A DNA stretch of 64,000 nucleotides from Thermoplasmata archaeon (GTDB taxonomy: Archaea > Thermoplasmatota > Thermoplasmata > Lutacidiplasmatales > UBA184), in NCBI GenBank assembly GCA_027315165.1, contig DAHUYN010000003.1, positions 27,990-91,989 of the forward strand, written 5' to 3'. This document shows positions 57,130 to 64,000 of this stretch, in pieces. Every line of letters starts with the position of its first letter. Position 1 is the first letter of the stretch. Under the pieces are notes generated by a model that searched no databases, was not told the origin of the DNA, and saw only the letters and a program-made list of their open reading frames with translations. The translations under genes were made by a program, and so were the position numbers.

Positions 57130-58068
57130 GTGCCGCTCCGGCGCCGGCCGACCGCCCCGTTCGCGACGCCCCTCGACCTCTGGGTCGTCGGTCACACGAA
57201 CCTCGACCACTTCCTCTACGTGCGAAGCCTGCCCGGCCGGGACCGGACCGTCCCGATCGTGCGGCGCGAGACCCATCTCGGCGGCACGGGGGCGAACCTC
57301 GCCCTTTCCGCGGCCTCCTGGGGCGTCCGCACCGGACTCGTCTCCCGCGTGGGTCCGGACTTCCCCGACGAGTTCCGCGAGCGTCTTCGGGCCGCCGGTG
57401 TCGACCTCCGCGGCCTCACGGTCGACCCGGTCCTTCCCTCCTCCGCGTGCTTCATCACCGAGGACGGTCGCGGCGGGCAGAGCACGCTCATCGACCAGGG
57501 CCCGATGCGGGACGGGACGCGGTACGACGGCCCCCGTGACATCTTCGGTGAGGCCCCCTGGGCCCACCTCACGACCGCCGCCCCTGCCTACCTCCTCGAA
57601 GCGAAGGCCGAGGTCCGGCGGGCCGGCGGACGCGTCGCCGTCGACCCCGCGCAGGAGATCCACTACCGCTGGGACGGCCCGGGGCTGCGCGAGCTCCTCG
57701 CGGGGGCCGAGATCCTCTTCGGGAACGACCACGAGATCGCCCGCGCCGTCGAGCTGCTCGGGCTCGACAAGGTCTCGGGCCTCCTCGAGCACGTGCCGCT
57801 CGTCGTCCGGACGGAGGGGGCCCGCGGGGCGACGGCCGTGAGCCGGGTCGGCAGTGTGCATGTGCCCGCCCCGCGCGTCGCCACCGTCCGGCAGGTGACG
57901 GGGGCCGGCGACGCCTTCCGGGGCGGCTTCTACGCCGGCTGGTTCGAGGGCCTCCCGCTCGTCGGCTGCCTCACGGCGGGCGTGCGTTCGGCGGCCCGGT
58001 GGGTCGCGCGCGGTCCTCCCCGCCCTCGCGGCCGCCGCGGCTCGCGCGCTCGGGGGGTCCGTCGATGA
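57130..58068 (+). CDS. PfkB family kinase (probable nucleoside kinase)
   Basis: GGTGAN, DPAQE, GNDHE, TGAGDAFRGG. Confidence 0.92.
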   Translation: MPLRRRPTAPFATPLDLWVVGHTNLDHFLYVRSLPGRDRTVPIVRRETHLGGTGANLALSAASWGVRTGLVSRVGPDFPDEFRERLRAAGVDLRGLTVDPVLPSSACFITEDGRGGQSTLIDQGPMRDGTRYDGPRDIFGEAPWAHLTTAAPAYLLEAKAEVRRAGGRVAVDPAQEIHYRWDGPGLRELLAGAEILFGNDHEIARAVELLGLDKVSGLLEHVPLVVRTEGARGATAVSRVGSVHVPAPRVATVRQVTGAGDAFRGGFYAGWFEGLPLVGCLTAGVRSAARWVARGPPRPRGRRGSRARGVRR

Positions 58069-59303
58069 GGATGCGGCCGTTCGGCCGCCTCCTTCCGCTC
58101 GACGCGGCGCTCCGCCGGACGCTCGCCGCCGTGACCCCGGTGCGGGGGTACGAGCGGGTGGCGCTCGCCGACGCGCTGGGCCGCGTGAGCGCGGCGACGG
58201 TCCGGGCCCGAAGGCCGAGCCCCGCGTTCTCCCGAGCGACCTGGGACGGCTATGCCGTGCGGAGCGCGGACCTCGCGCGGGCTTCCGCGCGCTCGCCCGT
58301 GGTGCTTCGCCTCGTCGGTGAGGTCTTCGCCGAAGGGAGGCTCGACCGCCCGTTGGGGTCGGGTGAGACCGCGGCGATCGCGACCGGCGGCGCCCTTCCG
58401 ACCGGCGCCGACGCCGTCGTCATCTTCGAGGAGGCCTCCGCGCACGACGACGCGGTCACGGTCGGGCGCCCCGTTCCCCGGGGCGACCGGGTCGCGGCCC
58501 CGGGGGACGACTTTGCCAAGGGGGCCGTCCTGGTCCGCTCGGGAGAGGTCCTCGACCCCGCGCGGGTCGGCGCCGTCGGGGCCGCCGGCGCGACCCACGT
58601 CGAGGTGCGCCGCCGTCCCCGCGTCACGTTCGTCGCCAACGGCACCGAGCTGCGGCCCCTCGGGGCGAGGCTCCGCCGCGGCGAGGTCCACGAGATCAAC
58701 AACCTCACGCTCGGCACGCTCGCGCGCGCCTCCGGCGCCGAGGTCGTCCAACGGCCCCCCGTGCCCGACGACCTCGAGCGGCTCGAGCGGGTGATCGCCG
58801 ACGCGGCCGCCTCGAGCGACCTCGTCGTCGTCACGGGAGGGAGCTCCGTCGGGGAGCACGACCATCTTCCCGCGATCTTCCCGAGGCTCGGCCGGCTGTT
58901 GTACCATGGCGTCGCGGTCCGCCCGGGGAAGCCGACGCTCGCCGCGAGGGGTGCGCACGGGCTCCTCCTCGGGATGCCGGGCCACCCGACCTCCTGCCTC
59001 TCGAACGGGCTCTGGCTGCTGCTCCCCGTGCTCCGGCGGCTCGCCGGCGTCCCGGGCGACGCCTGGAGCGAGGTCCCCGTCAGGCTCGGGGCGGCCGTCC
59101 GCCGGCCCAGCCCCGACCTCTCGACGGTCGTAGCGCTGCATGTCGAGAACGGCGTGGCGTGGCCGACGTTCCGCGACTCGTCGGCGATCACGAGCCTCTC
59201 GGGCGCGAACGCCTACGCGATCCTTCGGCCCGGGGCTCGGGCCCCGAGGGTCGGCGCGCGGCTCACGGTCCGCCGCCTCGCCGCTCCCATCGGCGCCCCG
59301 TAG
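58065..59303 (+). CDS. moeA: Molybdopterin molybdotransferase
   Basis: DGYAV, IATGGALPTGADAV, TGGSSVG, RPGKP, GMPGHP. Confidence 0.95.
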   Translation: MRMRPFGRLLPLDAALRRTLAAVTPVRGYERVALADALGRVSAATVRARRPSPAFSRATWDGYAVRSADLARASARSPVVLRLVGEVFAEGRLDRPLGSGETAAIATGGALPTGADAVVIFEEASAHDDAVTVGRPVPRGDRVAAPGDDFAKGAVLVRSGEVLDPARVGAVGAAGATHVEVRRRPRVTFVANGTELRPLGARLRRGEVHEINNLTLGTLARASGAEVVQRPPVPDDLERLERVIADAAASSDLVVVTGGSSVGEHDHLPAIFPRLGRLLYHGVAVRPGKPTLAARGAHGLLLGMPGHPTSCLSNGLWLLLPVLRRLAGVPGDAWSEVPVRLGAAVRRPSPDLSTVVALHVENGVAWPTFRDSSAITSLSGANAYAILRPGARAPRVGARLTVRRLAAPIGAP

Positions 59304-59348
59304 CGACCGCGACCGAAACGCTATGCGGAGCGGGAGCCATGGCGAGGC

Positions 59349-60359
59349 GTGCGCGACCGCTACGGGCGCGAGGTCAACGAGCTCCGGGTCTCGCTGACGC
59401 AGCGGTGCAACCTCGCCTGCGTCTTCTGCCACATGGAGGGGCAGCCGGCGAGCCGTGCGGAGCTCACGCCCGTCGAGATCGAGCGCGCCGTTGCGGCCGC
59501 CACGCGCGCGGGCGTCACGCGCGTCAAGCTCACCGGCGGCGAGCCGACGCTCCGCACGGACCTTCTCGAGATCGTCGAGCGGCTCCGGCCGCTCGTCGCG
59601 GAGCTGTCGATGACGACGAACGGGCTCCGGCTCGTCGAGCTGGCCCGGCCCCTCCGGGCCGCCGGCCTCGACCGGGTGAACGTGAGCGTCCCGACGCTCG
59701 AGCCGGAGGCCTACCGTGAGCTCACGGGCGTCGACGGCGTCCAGCGCGTCGTCGAGGGAGTGCGAGCGGCCGCGGAGGCCGGCCTGGGTCCGATCAAGCT
59801 CAACGTCGTCGCGCTCGACGGGGTCACCGACGGGAACGGCGCCGTCGAGCGGATCGTGCGGTTCGCCCAGGAGGTCGGCGCCTGGGTACAAGTGATCGAG
59901 TTCGAGAACGTCTCGGGCCGGGTCGACCCGAGCGTCTATCGACGGCTGCACTCCGAGCTCGGCCGCCTGACGGAGTCGGCCGCGGCCCGTGCGTTCCGGA
60001 CCGACCGCAACCGGCTCCACGGGCGTCCCCAGTTCACCTTCGTCGACGGGGGCCGGCCCGTCACCGTCGAGGTCGTCCAGCCGGTCGAGAACCCGGCGTT
60101 CTGCATGGAGTGCCACCGGCTCCGGCTCACCTCCGACGGGCGCCTCAAGGGCTGCCTCATGTCGAACGCCGGGCTCGTCGACGTCCGCCCGTATCTCGAG
60201 AACGACGGGCGCGCGGTCGAGCTCGACGAGGCGTTCGCGCGGGCCGTCCGGCTGCGACGGCCGTACTTCGTGGGGCCGGAGACCCCCGCCCCCGAGGAGG
60301 ACACGACGGGGGAAGCGCTCGGCGAGCGGCTCCCGATCGTCGGCTCGAGGGCCGCGTAA
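59349..60359 (+). CDS. moaA: GTP 3',8-cyclase (radical SAM)
   Basis: DRYGR, CNLACVFC, TGGEP, TTNG, FCMECHRLRLTSDGRLKGC. Confidence 0.96.
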   Translation: MRDRYGREVNELRVSLTQRCNLACVFCHMEGQPASRAELTPVEIERAVAAATRAGVTRVKLTGGEPTLRTDLLEIVERLRPLVAELSMTTNGLRLVELARPLRAAGLDRVNVSVPTLEPEAYRELTGVDGVQRVVEGVRAAAEAGLGPIKLNVVALDGVTDGNGAVERIVRFAQEVGAWVQVIEFENVSGRVDPSVYRRLHSELGRLTESAAARAFRTDRNRLHGRPQFTFVDGGRPVTVEVVQPVENPAFCMECHRLRLTSDGRLKGCLMSNAGLVDVRPYLENDGRAVELDEAFARAVRLRRPYFVGPETPAPEEDTTGEALGERLPIVGSRAA

Positions 60360-60391
60360 ACCCCTAAAGGGGCCGTTGACCTCGGGCGGCC

Positions 60392-61222
60392 GTGCCTCGC
60401 GACCGTCTCCACGTGGCGCTCGTCTCGATCGAGGGGACCAACAACGACGAGGAGCTGTTCGTCGCGCTCAAGGCCCTCGGGACCTCGCCCGAGATCGTCC
60501 ACCTCAAGCAGCTGGCGGGCAAGGACGTCGTCGCGGAGAAGGTCCGCCGTCTCGCCGACTACGAGATGCTGCTGTTCCCCGGCGGCTTCTCGGCGGGCGA
60601 CTACGTGCGCGCCGGCGCGATCCTCGCGGCCCGCACGCGGGCCGCGATCGGCCCCGAGCTCGAGGAGTTCGTTCGCGCGGGGAAGATCGTCGGCGGCATC
60701 TGCAACGGTTTCCAGGTCCTCACCGAGCTCGGGCTCCTCCCGGGCCGCGCCGGCGGCCGCCTGGGGAGCCCCGAGGCGGCGCTGATGACGAACGACTCGG
60801 GGCGGTACGAGTGCCGCCCCACCTTCCTCGCCTGGACCGGGGGGCGCTTTCCGCCACTGCAGGGCGTGCCCGAGGGCCGGCGCTATCTGTTCCCGTCGGG
60901 CCACTCCGAGGGGAAGCTCGTCCTGGCCGGCGAGCCGGGCGCGCGCCTCCGCGAGCTCGAGGCGAACGGCCAGGTGCTGTTCCGCTGGGTCTCGCCCGAC
61001 GGAAGCCCTGCCGTCTATCCGTGGAACCCGAACGGCTCCGAGGGGAACGTCGCCGGGCTCACGAACCCCGAGGGGAACGTCTTCGGGCTGATGCCGCATC
61101 CCGAGCGCGGCTTCTTCCGCGCGCAGGCCCCCGACTGGACGCGGCAGGGCGGCGCGGAAGGGTTCGGCGACGGGCACGCCTTCCTCGAGGCCGTCGTCGG
61201 CTACGCGTCCCGGCGCGCCTAG
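60392..61222 (+). CDS. purQ: Phosphoribosylformylglycinamidine synthase glutaminase subunit
   Basis: PGGFSAGD, GICNGFQ, NPNGS, GLMPHPER. Confidence 0.96.
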   Translation: MPRDRLHVALVSIEGTNNDEELFVALKALGTSPEIVHLKQLAGKDVVAEKVRRLADYEMLLFPGGFSAGDYVRAGAILAARTRAAIGPELEEFVRAGKIVGGICNGFQVLTELGLLPGRAGGRLGSPEAALMTNDSGRYECRPTFLAWTGGRFPPLQGVPEGRRYLFPSGHSEGKLVLAGEPGARLRELEANGQVLFRWVSPDGSPAVYPWNPNGSEGNVAGLTNPEGNVFGLMPHPERGFFRAQAPDWTRQGGAEGFGDGHAFLEAVVGYASRRA

Positions 61223-61859
61223 CGGCGTCGTGGGAGAGCTCCCAGACCCAGAGCCGCTCGCCCTCGAGCGGCCGGGAGGCGACCTCGCGGACCCGGCCGC
61301 CGCTCGTGACGAACCGCTCGCGGAGCCTCTCGAGCGCGCGCGGCGATTGGAGCGAGGAGCCGAGCAGGTAGGCGCGCCCGTCCCGGGCGAGGTGCGACGG
61401 GAGGCCGACGACGAGGCGACGCGTGACGGCACAGCCATCGGGTCCGCCGTTGAGGGCGAGGTCGTGCCATCGGTCGGGATCCTCCTCACCGGGGACCGTC
61501 GGCAGGTACGGCGGGTTGGCGACGATCCGGCGGAACCGTCGCGTGCCGTCGAGGAGGTCCGTCCTCAGCGCCAGGAGCGCGAGCCCCTCGGCGCGGGCGG
61601 TGCGGGCGAGCGCGCGGAGCGCGAACGGGTTGCGGTCGGTGGCGACGACCCGGGCGCCCGCGCGCGCCGCCTCGAGGGCGAGCGCGCCGTTGCCCGTTCC
61701 GACATCGAGGAGCCACGCGCCCCGGGGGACCCGGGCGAACGGCCGCAGGAGCGCGGTGTCCTCGCGCTCGGGGTAGACGGGGACGTCGCTCCGCCGAGAC
61801 GTGCGCCGCCGTAGCACTCCGTCCGTCAGTCGCGTCACCTTCTTATCTCGCCGGGCCAT
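61059..61859 (-). CDS. HemK2/N6AMT1-like methyltransferase
   Basis: VYPEREDTALL, LDVGTGNG, ANPPYLP, GGPDG; tail runs into purQ. Confidence 0.88.
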   Translation of the reverse strand: MARRDKKVTRLTDGVLRRRTSRRSDVPVYPEREDTALLRPFARVPRGAWLLDVGTGNGALALEAARAGARVVATDRNPFALRALARTARAEGLALLALRTDLLDGTRRFRRIVANPPYLPTVPGEEDPDRWHDLALNGGPDGCAVTRRLVVGLPSHLARDGRAYLLGSSLQSPRALERLRERFVTSGGRVREVASRPLEGERLWVWELSHDAARRAGTRSRRRPRGRRARRRTLPRRPAASSRGPARGRSRARDAASARRRSPRGS

Positions 61860-61889
61860 TGTTACGAAAAGTTTCGGAGCAGGTCAACG

Positions 61890-62447
61890 ATGTCACGTCG
61901 GCTCGCAGCACCGGTCAAGATCGGGATCACCGGGCTTCCCGGCTCGGGGAAGACCCAGACCCTGCTGCGCATCATCCAGCTCCTCGAGGAGGAGGGCATC
62001 AAGGTCGGTGGCATGGTCACCGAGCCGATCGTCGAGAAGCATCGGCGGACGGGCTTTCAGATCACGAACTGGCTCACCAAGGAGCACGAGGTCTTCGCGC
62101 ACGAGAACCTGAAGTCTCGGGTCCGCTCGGGCCGCTACGGCGTCAACCTCGCCGCGCTCGAAGGGCTGGGCACGCGGGCGCTCCAGGAGGCGCGGGAGAG
62201 CGCGGACGTCATCGTCATCGACGAGGTCGGCAAGATGGAGGTCGAGAGCGACCTGTTCACGCAGAGCGTCACCGAGACGCTCGACGCGAACAAGTCGATC
62301 GTGATGACGCTCCATAAGAAGTCCCGCAACCCTCTCCTCCAGGACATCCGGCGGAGGGACGAACTACGCCTGCTCGAGGTGACGCCCGTGAACAAGAACC
62401 TCCTCGCCTTCAAGATCGTCCGTCTCCTCACGGGGAAGGCCCACTAG
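61890..62447 (+). CDS. Nucleoside-triphosphatase (THEP1/NTPase_1 family)
   Basis: ITGLPGSGKT, GRYGVN, VIDEVGKME, TLH. Confidence 0.94.
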   Translation: MSRRLAAPVKIGITGLPGSGKTQTLLRIIQLLEEEGIKVGGMVTEPIVEKHRRTGFQITNWLTKEHEVFAHENLKSRVRSGRYGVNLAALEGLGTRALQEARESADVIVIDEVGKMEVESDLFTQSVTETLDANKSIVMTLHKKSRNPLLQDIRRRDELRLLEVTPVNKNLLAFKIVRLLTGKAH

Positions 62448-63550
62448 CGCTCGTCGAGCGCCGCGAGGGCGCGGCACCGCTCTGGCTGCCCGACGTCGGG
62501 CCCCGCCGGGGGCCCGGCCGCCGTGCGGCCGTGTTCTACAACCCCGCGATGGCGTTCGACCGCGACCTCAACGTCGCGGTGCTCCGGGCCTGGCGCCGCC
62601 TCGGCCACCCGGTCCGGCACGGCTGGGAGATGCTCGCCGCCACCGGGGTCCGCGGCCTGCGGCTCCTCTACGAGGCCGGCCCGTTCGAGGCGATGCTCCT
62701 CACGGAGGGGAGCCCCGTCGCGCTCGAGGTCCTCCGGCGGAACGTCGCCCCCGTCGCGCCGCCGGCGACCGCCGCGGCCGCCGACGCGAGGGCGCCGCCG
62801 CGCGAGGCCCCGTTCGACTACGTCGACCTCGACCCGTACGGGACGCCCGTCCCGTTCCTCGAGGCGGCCGTCTCGACGCTCCGACCCTCCGGGCTCGTGG
62901 CCGTCACGGCGACGGACATGCGGGTCCTCGCGGGGGTCGACCGGGGCGCGGCGGAGCGCCGGTACCACGGGCGGCCCGTTCGGGGGCGGCTCGGCCCCGA
63001 AGGGGGGCTCCGCCTCCTCCTGGCCGAGCTGTGGCGGCACGCCGACGCCGCCGGCCGTTCGCTCCGCCCCGAGCTCGCCTACGTCGGGACCCACCACGTC
63101 CGGGTCTATGCGACCCTCCCCGAAGGCCGGGAGGCCGCGCCGGTCGGTGAGATCGATCCCGCGTCCTGGTCGGGGCCGCCGCTCGGCGCCGCCGATGGGC
63201 GCGGGCCGATGTGGCTCGGCCGGCTCTTCGACCCCGAGCTCGTCGAGGCGCTCGAGGTGCCGCCGACCGCGCAGGAGCCGCACGCCCTTTCGCGCTGGCT
63301 GGCGCGGCTCGGGCTCGAGTGCCGGGTCGACACGCCGTTCTACTACGAGTCGAACACGCTCGCCCAGGGTCTCGGTCTCGACCGGCCGCCGTCGCTCAGG
63401 GCCCTCGCGGCCGAGCTCGGGCAGGGTGGCTACACTCTCGCGCCCACCCACGCGCGGGAGGGCGGCTTCCGGACCGAGGCGCCGTACGCGCGCGTCGCCG
63501 AGGCCGCGCGACGGGCCGCTCAGCCCCAGAACGAGCGGGTCCGCGCGTAG
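62447..63550 (+). CDS. trm1: tRNA (guanine-26-N2)-dimethyltransferase, start codon unresolved
   Basis: VFYNP...RDL, ATGVRGLR, VDLDPYGTP, VTATD, GPMWLG, FRT; Trm1-like sequence extends upstream of the first GTG (62531). Confidence 0.85.
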   Translation, partial: ALVERREGAAPLWLPDVGPRRGPGRRAAVFYNPAMAFDRDLNVAVLRAWRRLGHPVRHGWEMLAATGVRGLRLLYEAGPFEAMLLTEGSPVALEVLRRNVAPVAPPATAAAADARAPPREAPFDYVDLDPYGTPVPFLEAAVSTLRPSGLVAVTATDMRVLAGVDRGAAERRYHGRPVRGRLGPEGGLRLLLAELWRHADAAGRSLRPELAYVGTHHVRVYATLPEGREAAPVGEIDPASWSGPPLGAADGRGPMWLGRLFDPELVEALEVPPTAQEPHALSRWLARLGLECRVDTPFYYESNTLAQGLGLDRPPSLRALAAELGQGGYTLAPTHAREGGFRTEAPYARVAEAARRAAQPQNERVRA

Positions 63551-64000
63551 CTCCGCTCCGCCTTGAGGACCTCGGTGAGGAACTCCGCATCGTTCCGGTA
63601 GAGCCGCGCGAGCAGGCGTCGCGCCGTGTCGGGGCCGACGCCGCGGGCCGCGAGGCAGAGCAGCGCCCGCTCGCCGTAGTGGGCCAACAGCTCGGCGGTC
63701 GTGTAGGCCTGACGGAGGAGCGGCGTCAGCGACTCGGCGGGGGCGCCGCGCGGCGGCCGCTTCCCCTTCCACTTGCGCTTGGCGTAGCGCTGGACCGCCT
63801 CGAGCTCCTCGGTCCTCCTCGGCGACAGCACGGCCGACAGGGCCCCGCGGCAGAGCCGGCAGGTGCTACCGCCCTCGGCGCGGTACCGCTCGACGGTCGT
63901 CGTGCGCGTGAAGCCGCACCGGAGGCAGATGAGCGTCAGCTCCTCGCGCCGGAGCCGCTCCTCGACCGCCTTGAGGAGCGTCGGCGGAGGGACATCGGGG
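63520..64000 (-). CDS. C-terminal part of an Lhr-like ATP-dependent helicase, truncated by the window edge
   Basis: Zn ribbon CLRC...CRLC and C-terminal LAARGVGPDTARRLL...AERSYARTRSFW; helicase motifs are outside the window. Confidence 0.75.
   Translation of the reverse strand, partial: PDVPPPTLLKAVEERLRREELTLICLRCGFTRTTTVERYRAEGGSTCRLCRGALSAVLSPRRTEELEAVQRYAKRKWKGKRPPRGAPAESLTPLLRQAYTTAELLAHYGERALLCLAARGVGPDTARRLLARLYRNDAEFLTEVLKAERSYARTRSFWG

Noticed and set aside
60260..60359. MoaA lacking the C-terminal GG motif as a sign of pseudogenisation
   Set aside because: Archaeal MoaA commonly lacks it, and both Fe-S motifs are intact.
1..64000. TAG read-through (pyrrolysine-type recoding)
   Set aside because: TAGs fall at the expected C-termini of conserved proteins (S8e, S7, PurM, SBDS); no in-frame TAG interrupts a gene and no pyl genes are present.
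1..64000. CRISPR array, rRNA or defence island
   Set aside because: No regularly spaced repeats, cas genes or rRNA-like sequence; intergenic gaps are short.

Overview
A very GC-rich (about 70% by eye), gene-dense archaeal core-genome window. Gene content (rps8e, SRP19, rps12-rps7-aEF-2, proteasome alpha-SBDS-exosome-rpl37ae-rpo12 cluster, RadB, PolB, Thermoplasma-type glucose dehydrogenase) points to a Thermoplasmata-like lineage; that placement is inference. It encodes an aerobic respiratory cluster (Rieske, cytochrome b, two small membrane proteins, heme-copper oxidase subunit I, heme A and O synthases), tRNA-Pro(GGG), non-phosphorylative Entner-Doudoroff enzymes, 2-oxoacid:ferredoxin oxidoreductase, ADP-forming acetyl-CoA synthetase, Moco, purine and pyrimidine genes, DNA repair genes and one small CTAG-flanked IS630 remnant. 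No CRISPR array, rRNA or provirus was seen. Most notable: (1) aEF-2 has paired substitutions at both conserved monovalent-cation-binding positions (AHIHHGKT, RLLTI); (2) a 100-aa orphan ends in a ribosomal P-stalk-like peptide; (3) oxidase subunit I mixes quinol-oxidase and cytochrome-c-oxidase traits; (4) one palindromic TATA box is centred between two divergent starts; (5) strong TAG stop bias and long convergent overlaps; (6) trm1 lacks a canonical start codon. All product calls come from motif recognition, not database searches.
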